A stretch of 64,000 bases of DNA from Balanoglossus misakiensis. Lineage: Eukaryota > Animalia > Hemichordata. Under the pieces are notes generated by a model. That model did not search any database. It was not told the origin of the DNA and saw nothing but the letters and a program-made list of their open reading frames with translations. How positions within the stretch are numbered: position 1 is the stretch's first letter; each line of letters starts with the position of its first letter. Location: contig CM082589.2 of NCBI GenBank assembly GCA_040954595.2, forward strand, positions 8,192,232 to 8,256,231. The letters are read 5' to 3'. Position numbers and translations under genes: made by a program. Positions 25,729 through 38,482 of this stretch are shown piece after piece.

Positions 25729-28700
25729 AAGTGTAACGTGCATTACTCCATGAGTAAAATTAATTCTGTGTCTCATAATTATGTTTCCAGGTTAATGTGA
25801 ACTGTGTAGCGACTCTTGCATGACCAGTCGATTGCATATGGCGTCAAGTCGTGTAGTAATAGTAATAGTACAGAGATTTTGCGCATGTTACTTTCCTTTC
25901 ACGACAAACTTCACAAAAGTCAGATTTTCCCCCGTGTTTTATACATTTTGATTACAAACCTATATGACACCAAACGCATGTTTGTAAACTGTCAACGAAG
26001 AACTATCGGAAGTATACATGTATATTCATAATCAAAACGGACATATTTCAACCTACCGTGCCCGCGGGTCCTTGTAAGGTAACGCGAAGGTCGTCCAGCT
26101 AGATGTTGGTTATCTTGAAGACCGGCCCTCCAGTACAGTGTTCTTGTCGATACAACAGGTTGTACAAGGCACGCAGTCAAAATTGTACGATGGATAGTTA
26201 CAGTGTGTACGAGATGCGGTCGTATATTCATACGATATTGAGCAACATTTAAACGTCTCAGCCAGCCTGCATTAATGTGTACGTTAATCGATTTCGACAG
26301 AACGATGGATACGCATATTATAATGTGCCCGTCAGAATTTGCTCTGCTACTGTGTGGCCGAACGGTAAACTTATATAGCATGACAGTAGTCTTATCTTAG
26401 GAAGAAGACAGCATGGTGTAAATGTATTATTTATCTATTAGTGTTTTGATTTGAGTGAAAGTTGTTAAACAAACAAAGGTTTTTAATCAGTAATGTTTGC
26501 GTTTAGTGGGATTAGACTGTCATAATAGCATGTAGACAGTTGCAACACGAATGCTTGTATTCACATTACAGCACACATTCGACAGTACCATAGGATTCAG
26601 TACGAAGCAAACATTAGCCAGCAATCCTGACATTTCGTCGTATAGTCTATTTTCCAGTTCATCCCTGCTTAAAATGGCCAGTCAGAATGAGCTGCCTGCG
26701 TTTACTCGAAGAAGTATAGAAAGTCGCTCAATTCTGGTATTATTTTGGTTATGTTAGTTACTTTTGGAGACTGCTTATTTTCGTCTGATCACACATTTCC
26801 GGTTTTACTGTGCCCGGCCAGGGACCCGGATGCGGACGTTTTTAGGTATTCTTTTTGAGAAAACATCTCACCAAAATCCAATAATTTTGTACTTGCACGA
26901 AACTGTATCAACTGTGTCTGCATTTAAGCAGAATACTCTTCCAGCTCTATACTGTTGTTCTTTATTTATATACTCATTTATATATAATATCATTACCACA
27001 TATCAATAAAACGTCCGGAAGATGACCACGGTTATTAAGCATTTGACCCAAGGGCTGATCTGTATCAACTACTTTATTTTGTTCACCAGTGTGTTTATCG
27101 GAAATCATTTGGACGACATGCGGTACTGCAGAGTCAAGACACGAGACTCCTGAGGAGGGAAAGTTCGCTCTACGTGTGCCGGATATTAGTTCAAGTGATT
27201 TTTAATTGATTGGCGTTTTAAACAATTTGGGCTTGATTGAAAACTACGTTCAGTAATGTCTTGTTGACACAAAACGCCACGCGTGTAGTTTTGTCGAGAT
27301 TGTATCTCCGGTCGATAGATCACCAGACTTCGACAGCTGACATGATTGGGACGATATCGCCGCGCTCGACTGCTGCGGCGCTGACACGACTGACATTGCG
27401 CATCGAGCTAATTTTACGTTTCAATGTTTTCTGTGGATTTTCGGCTACCTATCTGGTGAAGTTTGACGGAGTCATTGAGGGGGATAAAGATAAAGACGAT
27501 TTTCAGAAAACTCGGTGACGTAGTAGGCCGACATTTTTTATCATGACTCGGAAGCAATTAATGCCTAATTAGATAATTATCGAGGAACGCCTTTGCCCTG
27601 TCCATCACGTTTATCTCTCCAATCGATCTAATGAGCAAATTCAGAGCGAATGACTGGCACAAGTTCATGCCTTCAAGCGTTCCTCAGCTGATGATAAGGC
27701 AATTGTATGCATAGTTGAACCTAAACTCTACGACAGTCGCTGTGCCTGTCGTCAGTGTCGATAAGAATGGAACTTTCATACTGCGTACGACCCGCTGCCA
27801 GTGATTAGCATCCCGTCCACAGGACCTTCTATACGTAACGCGGACGCGCGCGCGCTTTTCGATATCACATAGTCTTGGAATGCGTAACTCCACTGTACGT
27901 TCAAGTTCAAACAAACAAAAACGACGCGAGCAGCTTTCAACATTCTTCTGCTGCTAGAATATCAATTACTAAATGCCATTGTATAACATCTTGATGAAAT
28001 ATTTGATGACATGTTATTCAGTTCTTTCAACATAAAACAAGAATTTCAATTTATAAGAGCAAAACAATATATTCTGCTCTGTAGACAATACCAACATTTT
28101 CGTTCGTTCGAGTATTCTCGTGACCCGAAGGCTACGTCCGGGCCAAGAACAAAGCTCACCAGACATTATGATGTACATACATGCATGTTAAATTAAAAAT
28201 GGAAAATCTGACAACCGAACGAACTGAGTCGTCTTTGTGCTGCAATGGGATGGCCTAAGCATACAATAAAACTGACTGATACAAGTTCCTCGCCGTAGAT
28301 TACCATTGGCAGTGTTTACCATTTGATTCACAATGAATGTCTCCATTCGTAGGTTTTATAAAAGTCTGAGCATATAGCGTGTTAAATAACACAAAGCTAA
28401 TATGAACACTTCTGTGACTTCAGTGACTTAATTCTTTTTTAAGGCAAGTCATCGAAACGAGATCTTACGATTGTCGCTAGAGGGCGCTTACGGAGATTTC
28501 TGGTATCTATGATTCACATCAAATAGTGCGACAACCAAATCAACTTTTGTAGGCGAACCTTGTTTTAGTGTCTTAAGTTTTTTTAAAGCGGATTCTGCTT
28601 GCATATATCACCAGAGTGAAAGACATGGTTACTGGGGCTCTGTCAGTATTGAGCAATTTGAGATATTACATTACCTACGGGAGGGGGGGATCTAGTTGTT

Positions 28701-29764
28701 ACTTTGCTCTTTACTATGTAGCTATCTTTGGAAAGTGGTAGTGTGAGTCGTAAAAAGAGAATACTGAAAGTGAGAGGCTCGACGGAGGGGTGGAGAGCAA
28801 GCATCGGAACAACTGATAGCCAACCATAGACTCTGCAAGTCAGCGGTGATGACGGTGCTTTGCGTGCTGTACTGAATTCTGGCGAGAATGATTCTCTTCT
28901 CTGGGGATGTTGAAATAGAAACGAAATAGGCCATAATCATCAGACACAGCGAAAACTACACGAACTCTCTCGCACCAAATGACAATAATATTTTGGAGCT
29001 CGGTGATATGATTGTAAGGAAAACTTAATTAGTTCAAATTTATAATCGAACACTATTTTGCAATATTATTAATAAATAAACACACACACACACTAAGGTT
29101 TGACGGAACTGAACAGTAACTGAATGCCCACACATATGTTGAACAAACATAAACATTGTCATAACATGATACGATTTTATTTTCAGCTATCAACAAAACA
29201 TAACTCTTGTTGATGTATTCTTGCAGGGAGGTATATTGCCAGTGATTACATACAAATATTTCAACTAAACACTAAAATACGACTCATTTGGAAGAGGAAT
29301 AGAGTATGCCAAAGATTGTTCATCGGAAAATGACAAATATTTGAAATTGCGTCCTTGCAGCAATATTTTCTGTAAACAGAGACAAATGAAACACTGAAAG
29401 ATTTTTAACGAAAACTGAAGACATTATTGGCTCATACAAAATAATAAAAAGAATATTCGACTGATAAAGTACATCTCGAAATATAAAGTTAGTTTTAAGT
29501 GATGGAATGTGAAAATCGTTTCTTTGTGGTCTGCTCTAAATCATGACACAAACAGAAAAAATAGTCTGTGTGGGATATTCACCACAACAGATAATAATAC
29601 GCAAATGTTGACTACAACCTCGGTGAAAATTGGTAATGTAAATTGGACGGGGTTTTAGCAAAAGCGATAATCTCTCTCAAACCTTGAAAAATGGATCGGA
29701 GAGAGATCGGGCAACCACTTGTCCAACTGCAACCGCTTGGACGTGGAACATTCACGATTGCTCA

Positions 29765-29902
29765 CTCTGTCTGTCAGTCTGTCTGTGTCTGTCTGTCTAT
29801 TTGTCTCTGTCTGTCTGCCTGTCTATCTGTCTGTCTTTCTGTCTGTGTGTCTCTCTCGTACGCACGCACGCACACACACACGCACGCACACACATACACA
29901 CA
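29765..29902. repeat. Compound (TCTG)n/(CA)n microsatellite
   Basis: Directly visible; explains the overlapping low-complexity ORFs here. Confidence 0.9.
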
Positions 29903-30333
29903 ATGAGGGCCAGTTAAACCAGTGTCAGATTGTCTCGATAACGCCTTTAGGTTGACAGGAAAAATAAAACTTGCATCATCACCAAACATGTAAGACAGCA
30001 GTATAATTTAAATTTACAAGGATTTATCTTTATAAATCCATTTTCTTCTTCAAATATTGCTATATAAGAGTCTGATTAGAGAACACATTCTTATTCTAGC
30101 CGTTTACCTTTCGACTGACCCAACCTCCCGACACTATCATTTAGTTGTGAGAGTGTCGATTTTTCTCTTCCGCCTGTTTTATGTTTTGCCGTGGGTGAAT
30201 TATTTACATTGCTCTGATTATGAAAACCTACCCGCTTTCTTTCAGCAATCATAAATGGCAAACATCAAAACACAAGCATGTGATACAATTTTCGTGTGTG
30301 AAAATGTGAACCTCAAAGCTAGGTTTACATCAG

Positions 30334-32229
30334 TTATAAAGTTACTTCATTGACACTTTCTGAAAATTCTATACTTGGTCTGGTCCTCATGCTATTAATA
30401 GGCGATTGTCCGATTGGTTGATCTCTTGTGTGGTTCGAGGAATTACCTTCTGTGACGACTTCTACACTACAATCTTGCTCTCCAGGACGATGATACTTGT
30501 CAGCATTACAACATTTCTTCCTGAATGTCGTCATTTCAAATTCATTTGACCCGCCGTTGCCGTTGTATTCTAACTCACACAGACGTTTCCTGTAGGCTGC
30601 ATTCGTTGTCATACTTTCATCCGAATCTGAATCCGAAGATGACACGTCCAGGTGTTTTTTCTGACGAACAAGAACGCGCGGTGAACCACTTTTCGCGCGT
30701 TTTCTACTCCGTTTCCGGTTGGCCGAAACGTTGTTGGTTGGTAAATGACTTTGGGCGCTGTGACAGCGAGGGGTATTCTGAATATCAGGATTATTCCCCA
30801 GCTCTACGTCATTTGTATACGTTGTTCCATTTTGTGCGTCGGTGAGCTCTGTCATCGATTCCCTTGTGTCCTGATCATCGTGTGCATTGACGTAGATCAC
30901 AGGGTAATCCGCGGTAGCCTCCATGTCGTTGTACCGTACAGGCAGATTCCTGACCTGGTTTTCATTGGCTGTATCGTGTTCATAATATTTTTGTTTGGCA
31001 CAGGACCTTTTTGGAAATGCGCCTGCGTAATCTTTGTTAGTTGGTATGGTTACTGTCTGTGTTGTGACATCTTCCATCGTCATTGTAGCTTTTAAAAGAA
31101 TTTCCTCGTCAAATGAATCCACAGTGCTTGCACTCAACATACTGGTAATTGACAGCCTTCTAGTTGTAGTTAAGGTTGCTTGTAGAAGATTTGGCCTTTC
31201 CGACTGCTCCCTGTTTTCGAACGACCTGCCGTTTTGACTTTTTCGGTATGGGGGCGCCCTTCTGTTTGCTTCATCGTCTGCGCTACTGCTGTTCACGCTT
31301 TCTCTGCTATCAGAATAACTACCTTGGCTGTCACTGTCTGTGCTTGACATGTGCTGAACTGACGCCTCCGACAGCGAGTCAGCATTTCCTCTCCTGTTAT
31401 GATCACTTCCGGTTGCTCGGTAACCGTCATTGCAATATGTAAATGATTTGTCGTCACCCACAGGTGGCATTCTGTCCAGATCGGCCATGCTGGACCGATG
31501 AATTAAAATCATTGGCGAACTCGGAACTTTAAATCTTTCTTGGCTGATAGCCAATTTTTCGCTTAATGACAGATCCTGGTTTTCTGGCGCTATTGTAAGT
31601 TTTGTCGGTCCCGTCTCTTCTTGAATCAACAAACTTGGTATGGAATGACCCGGAACAACTAGGCTGTCACTCCGGATGCTAACTTCACTTTTATCGTAAT
31701 GTCCCGGATGAAGATACCGCTGCACGCCAGATGTGCTCGGGATAACTTCTAGTGACTCATGTTTCGTCTTTTGTAAAGGTTTGATGCTATAGTGGGGATT
31801 ATTTGCAATAGGGTTGTCTCTTTTAGCATTTGAGAGCTTCCTTTTCTCCCGCGCTTCTTGCAATACGACGCAAGCGCATAAAATTGTGAAAATTCCACAT
31901 CCCATTATTATCGGCCCAACTATTCGAAAATTATACAAATGGTCGTACCTAACGGAGTCCCGCACAACGTCTACGGTGTTGCCATTGACAACGGTCTTAT
32001 CAGAGAGTTCTTTGGCGTAATATCCCATGACGGTCATTCCAAGGCCACCGGAAAATATTACTAATCCAATCAAGACGGCACAACAAGCAGGTTTGTTGAA
32101 ACCGGGTTTCAAGTCTGGAAATCGGATTTCGGCGGCAATCCTTTGAGCATGCGCATCGCGGTGAAAGTCAACTGCTCGTTTGCTTTTTCTTCTCACTCGA
32201 CCACTGAGACCGCCCCTTGCATTGATCAT
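30334..32229 (-). CDS. tmem200: TMEM200-family (DUF2371) two-TM membrane protein, 631 aa, single coding exon
   Basis: N-terminal MINARGG, TM1 ending GMTVMGYY, TM2 GPIIMGCGIFTILCACVVLQEARE matching the TMEM200 pattern GPxxMGxGIFxxxCAxxxLxExR, then a long Ser-rich low-complexity tail. Splice acceptor near 32321. Confidence 0.85.
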   Translation of the reverse strand: MINARGGLSGRVRRKSKRAVDFHRDAHAQRIAAEIRFPDLKPGFNKPACCAVLIGLVIFSGGLGMTVMGYYAKELSDKTVVNGNTVDVVRDSVRYDHLYNFRIVGPIIMGCGIFTILCACVVLQEAREKRKLSNAKRDNPIANNPHYSIKPLQKTKHESLEVIPSTSGVQRYLHPGHYDKSEVSIRSDSLVVPGHSIPSLLIQEETGPTKLTIAPENQDLSLSEKLAISQERFKVPSSPMILIHRSSMADLDRMPPVGDDKSFTYCNDGYRATGSDHNRRGNADSLSEASVQHMSSTDSDSQGSYSDSRESVNSSSADDEANRRAPPYRKSQNGRSFENREQSERPNLLQATLTTTRRLSITSMLSASTVDSFDEEILLKATMTMEDVTTQTVTIPTNKDYAGAFPKRSCAKQKYYEHDTANENQVRNLPVRYNDMEATADYPVIYVNAHDDQDTRESMTELTDAQNGTTYTNDVELGNNPDIQNTPRCHSAQSHLPTNNVSANRKRSRKRAKSGSPRVLVRQKKHLDVSSSDSDSDESMTTNAAYRKRLCELEYNGNGGSNEFEMTTFRKKCCNADKYHRPGEQDCSVEVVTEGNSSNHTRDQPIGQSPINSMRTRPSIEFSESVNEVTL

Positions 32230-32689
32230 ATTGCACTGTATTTATTGGCTCCACCTTGAACTTGTAGAGAGTGCTGTTTCCAAATTTCACTTCACACGCG
32301 ATTGTTCGATAAGTGAATTTCTGTAAAAAAAATTAAAAAAGAGGTAAGTCGATATTTTCATCATGTAAATCATAAAAAATGCCATACAGGGAAATCAGAA
32401 CATAAAACAAAGTCTCAACGATAGCAAAGATGTCAATAGAATATCATCTATATTATTAAATGGGAGTTTGAAGAAGTTCACGGTTCGGTCTGCACCGAGA
32501 GCACGCCCACAATAATTGCAAAGTTTTCCCAATAAGCCAGTACACAGAGGAAAACAAGTACTGTAAGATAAAATGATTATTTAGCATATTTTTAAAATTT
32601 AAGCAACTCTTTCGAATTCACTGCGGGTTGCGCACGCAGCGATTTGTTTTATATTACACGCGCATGCACGTCATGTTTCATAGCTCGTA

Positions 32690-33207
32690 TACCAAGTTTG
32701 AATGAATGTTCTGTCATGTGTGTATTGTTTCTCCCGCCATAAAAGCAATGCACACAAATATTCAGTGGCTTTGTTGGACGGTATCATAGCACATATGGAC
32801 ACAATGGCACATTGACGTTACTAAGTTTAATGAAATTTGTTCTTGAATTTTGCATACTGGCCTCGGATATGAATAAAATGTTGTCGGGCGTTCGTATTGG
32901 ATCATATTGCGACACAAATTGACGTGCATTTAAACGCCATGTTACATTCAATTTGTCTTTATATCAAGTTTGAATTTAGTAAGTTCGGGCATGTTTGCTT
33001 AATAGCGTTGAACATGGAAAAATCGCAACAAAGTGGCCGTCCGTACTGGATTGTATTAACGTACATATTGTCATCTGAGCTTCCTTGTGCCAAGTTTGAA
33101 TGAAATGACGGTGCAGGCATGACCGAGCAATGACTCCGGATGGACGCATGGGAGGACAGAACCTAATTCCTTGGTCCCCCAGACTTCGTCCATTGGGACT
33201 AACAAAA
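32690..33207 (+). mobile_element. Helentron-associated (HINE/DINE-like) non-autonomous element remnant
   Basis: Repeated CAAGTTTGAAT units, a degenerate GGAC/GGAT tract, then a GTCCC..CTTCG..GGGAC hairpin (33174-33199) followed by an A-rich end. Confidence 0.5.
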
Positions 33208-36200
33208 CACTGTTGTATATGGCATATTGGTTTCGTTTCCATCACTCTTTTTCACACATACAAAGGTGAATCAGCCTGATGACCAATTCAGACCATTGTA
33301 TCCTTGTCCGTACTAACACTACAAAATCCAAATGTCAATCTACTTTAATTTACCGCTTCTACTGTGCACTTTAATGGCCAACAGTCGACGATATCTTCCT
33401 CAAGATGATAAAGAATCTGAAAAACCCAAATGTCTTTCAAGGAGGCTAGTCTGAGGAACAAATCAAGCTTAAAGTGATAAGCTCGGCAAAGCATCGACAA
33501 CAACACTGTACTTTTAAGATGGTAGCGTTGATATTCAAAGACATAAATGCTGCTAAGATGAGATAAGTGTAAACCTACTATCCTTAATAGAAACAACAAT
33601 GCTGTGTAATGGGTCCTTTTTACTCGATTCAGCGATTGCAAAATACCATCCTACCCGAATATAACTAACAAATTGATGCTGTAACAAACAATGGATCACA
33701 TTTTTCGTCAGAAGTTCAACTACTTGCTTTGTATGTTTGTATTCATAAAATGTATGTTCTTGAAATTGACTATATTGATCATATTGTTTACATAAATAAC
33801 TGAGATAATGTATATTTGACAGTGACACTGAAGAGTACGTCGTTATATTAGATAAATCAGCTTTACATTGTTATATGTAATAAAATTGAGACAATGTGCA
33901 TATATAACAGACGATCAACCATCGAAGCGTTTCCCTGCCATCTCGTAATGATCTATTTAAAGTACTGCCTCAAGCAGGCGTCAATTGTGACGTCACATTC
34001 CAGCGCATATCCATGTTAACTGATAAACGTTCCCCATGCCGCACCGAACGTTCATTTATGAATCATTACAATCTACCATAAAATCTAACGAAGGTAATAT
34101 ATGATTTTTCTTCAAATAATTTGTGATAGCTCTCTGGTATTTTTTATCAGCATTCCTCACTTTATGACTAAATTAAACCATTTCCTTCATAATTAAGAAC
34201 CATTAATTGTATATATTGCAGTAACATTGAATTCTTGACATAGATTGTCATTGTACGGCCGCAAACTAAGTGCAAGCAATACTCGGTACCAATTTGGAAC
34301 CATTTTCAGTTTGTGGAAATGCATGATGCACTTTACATGGTAGTGTTTTGCGTTTGGTATGTTGGTTCATCACTGTTGTTCAGTGCGTCAGTTTCTGTTA
34401 AGGGTCGCTTCTTGTTCCAAAGAATGTTGAAACATTTCTATTCATAATAATATCCGTTCAATGTCAATAAATAATGTTGAACTTTTCTCACCAGAATGTT
34501 CAGTCTCAACTAACACAATTACATAAATCTAGAATATTATAATGACACAAGTCAAAACATGGTAGTATATACACTTCACATTTGGTTTGTGATATGCCAG
34601 AGTGATTCTGGCAGTGTCATTTGTTTACTGTAAGAGATCAGAACTGCTCAAATATTGTGGGTTTTACTGAGATTATTGTTAGATTTATTTTGTCAGAATC
34701 GTCAATGTAAGACCCAGAAAGGATTAATAGTCCATCAGAGCATCGGAATAGCATAAGACATTATGATGCAAAATGGCTATTCCCTGGCTATTCCAGGTTG
34801 CAATAATTACAGACTGACTCTCTCGTGGGGACTAATGCAAGCATTATATCTCATAAGCATAAATCCCAGCTTGCTGCCGTTCCCTGACGGATCTGTAGAA
34901 CCAGGTGTATACGGCCGTGATACAAGCGTGCAGTCAACTGGAAAATTGTGGTGAATGGTCGTGGCTGGGTTTTCCCATCACACATCGAGTTTCATTACGC
35001 CAGAGATGTCCCCTCCATGCACCTGAGGTCAACTCAATGAGGTCATTTTCCCGATAAACTCACTTTTTGTGAAAACAACTGAGGAATATCCTACGCAAAC
35101 GTAAACTGTTATGTTATTCTGATCACGGAAAAATCTAACTAAGATAAGATTAACCCGCAGGCAAGGTCGGCCATCTGAAGATGATGTAATGAAAACAAAA
35201 TACATAAAGGAGACCATCGTTCTTAACCATCCTCAATCATTCAGAAGACATATGGGATTAAAATTGTTAAACTTGTAGATGTCAAGTTTTAAAAATGTCC
35301 TAATTTTCAGTAGAATTACAAAGTATTGCAAAAAGAGATTTTCTATATTTTCAGCGTTTTGTGGCCGTGGATTTTATGGATGCTAAGTTCAAAAGTATAT
35401 TTGACACTTAAACAGTGCATGCTACTTATTTCTGACCAAGTGAAGCTGTGTGTGTTTTCAAAATGGCGATCGAAAGCACAAAAACTCGCTTACTGTATAT
35501 TAAGTTCTTGTCTTATATTTACTTGTTTGTGTCTGGATAATTGGCGTGCGTTACAAATGATGACAGATAACGCCGGATTTTTATTTTCCTCGTGCCAAGG
35601 TTAATAATTAATCTCGTTATGTTAACTGGTGGTTTTCCTGTGTATTTATCAGCTATCTATTAAACAGCAGCCAGTTCGATGAAGTGAACTTTCATGCTAA
35701 TTACTGGTATTATCTCTGCACAAACGAAATGAGGTAAACAAATAAAAAAAATAGCCAAATATCAAAACACGAGATGTTAGATATCGTGCACGAGAGTAAC
35801 TGCCATACTTTGAACTATTTTCCTTACTGGCGCGCGTAATAGTCACTAATCGATTTAGCCTAGAACAAGTTTATGTGTCAGCGGCCATTTCTTAATGAAG
35901 GGCTAAGGCTATATTCAGCACAACAGCCTCGAGTTAAGGTTGCTCTATGCAAATGAGAAAGGTAGTAACATTATTATTTTGTAAATATTCTCTACAGCAG
36001 GTAGTAGTTCTTCTCAATATGTTCGTATGTGTTCATAATCGACATCAACAATGTTAAAGTGTATTCCAGTCCAGACTTGAATACATTTATCAACAATAAC
36101 ATGTGTCGCTTCACACATACATGCTGATGACCAGAAAACTGGGTGTTTTGAGATAATTTAGAAGACGGGGCCTTTAATTTTACGTATTTACTTAAATTTA

Positions 36201-38284
36201 AATAATATACATGAATGTGGGGAAAAAACATTAAAAACATTTCGGAGGTTAGTATTTTCGAAACAATTTGATTTTTGTGTAAATAATGTATATATTCGTG
36301 TACGCGTATTTCTAATATCAGGCGAGTTCAGACATTAGGTTTATTTTTATACACCAGATGAATTTTGAGTCAAAGGTGAATTTCAGACACTAAGATTGAT
36401 TAGAACCTTGATAATGTATACTGTACAGATGTAGCATCACTAGACTAAAAGAAAAGATGTTGGTTGATACAGTATGTGATTCAAGAGATCATTACCACCA
36501 ACAAACAGATCACCATGCCAACGTAGGAATATCGATACTCGACAATGCCCGATCAATATCTTTCTTCAATAACGAACGAACACGCTGATATATTCATGTT
36601 TACGATTTAAGCAAAGCCGACGACATAAGACTCCTCCGAAATAATTTGGGTCAGACAAGCCATCAATAGTCTGTGGATGTAAGGAAACAAGGAACTGAAA
36701 AAACAACACAAATTCGCGCTATTAAAAATTCAAGGTTGCGTGATGAAAAACACACAGCGTCCTTTCCAGTCAATTTACCTCAAATTTAACATCGTTGCCA
36801 TGGGGACGGGTAAATGAGGGCGGCTAAGAGCTGGGTGATACAGTAAGCTTTTCTGTCTGTGATTTTGTACATATATTATGGCATTCGATTTAAAGCTTCA
36901 GCGCTCCAATTCAGTCGAGTCCCTCTATTTCAACTTCATGTATTTAATCCCGCATGACGTAGGAAATTATGATGAAGTATCAGTCATCATGCTCATGTAA
37001 AGCTATTCTCCCGTTATGCGGTTTAGCAGACTGAATATACGAAAAATGAAGCAAGTAAAATATCCAGATATTCAGGTAGATTTAGAATTTAGTTTCAAAT
37101 GGAAATGACCTACAGGCATTGCCACAGAAAGCTTTTGCTCTCACCAACGGCTGTGTTGTCAAATCCCATGACCGACGAAGGAAAACAAATCACGAAATTG
37201 CGCAGAGTGATATATTAAGACTAACGTTACTACATGTATGTGATTTCATTTGTGATGCAGAGGTATTTACATTGAATATGAGAGTTGCGAACTATAATAG
37301 TACATGTAATTGACACTGAGACGGAAATTACAAGTCAAAATTCATCCATGCAAAAAATTTACAAAAATTAAGAATGGCATTTCCATAAAGGGGACCTTCA
37401 TGATTATTATTTTATGAAATGATGTCATCACATTGTCAACAGTGGTCGGTGTGTATACATGTATAGTATGGAACGGTCTTTTTCATTATGGGTGTATTGT
37501 CAAGGACCGTACCTGCCCTTGTCAAGCATTGTGTGGAACGAGTAATCATATCCTATTTAATACAAAGTTAACATCACAGCTTGTGCTCCCGGTAACTAAG
37601 CCTTCATATTGCCTTACGTATACCATCAAGCGTCTTGCCAATGAACCAAGCGACGTAAGCATTCCCATACAATCGGAATCAACTTTGCTATTCATGAATT
37701 CTATAATTCATGATGGTCAGATTTCTTTACTGTTGCAGCGCATCGTATGATCTGGCTGTAATCTGGTGGTTGGTGATTTTTGTTTTGAGTTGTACTCTAT
37801 CTTTTACGGCGCATGTAGTGTACAGGCATTTGAAAAGACAGTAATATATTTGAAACATTATTCGATTTTTCAAGTATTTTAGCCTTATAGTCAATAATAA
37901 CTCCAATGACAATATTTAAAGTACGCTTGACATCTAACATTATTTAGCTATAGGTTCTGCATCCATTATGTTCAATTTATTTCAGGATTTGTGTGTCGTG
38001 GAGGTCACCATCAATTTGTTACATAACTGCATCTGGTCACGCTGTGCCCTTTTGTGAAGTGTACACCTATTGACCTCATCAGGCGTGCCAGACGCCACAC
38101 TGATAATATTTAATTCACAGTGGTATTCCCTGTGTAATCACCGTCGTGTGGAGTGACCATGGCGTAATGCACGAGGGAAGTGATTCGTGTTGTTTCATGT
38201 AAAGCGACACCGTAACAACATGATGTGTGTAACACTGATTTACCCAGACCCAGGGGTCGTCGCGCAGCGTGGGTGTCCCCCTTG

Positions 38285-38482
38285 ATGAGAACATGTCCTT
38301 CCATACCAGCGCAAACCCCACTGCAGTCGCCACGACCTACTATGATCTTTAGTTGCTGTCATGCTCAGTCTACGCTACGGTTGGCTGCTTCGTTCATTCT
38401 AAGAATTATCTAATTTGAGGGATTTGTGAATGAATTGTAATGTTTATAAACAAACAAATGCGGCGCGACGACCACTTCATTT
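38285..38482. repeat. Second copy of the MITE family at 7201-7407
   Basis: Shared CCATACCAGCGCAAACCCCACTGCAGTCGCCACGACCT and ATGAATTGTAATGTTTATAAACAAACAAA. Confidence 0.85.

Noticed and set aside
29684-29989. Cluster of overlapping ORFs (also the SLSLSL ORFs at 25552 and 60199)
   Set aside because: Produced by microsatellites.
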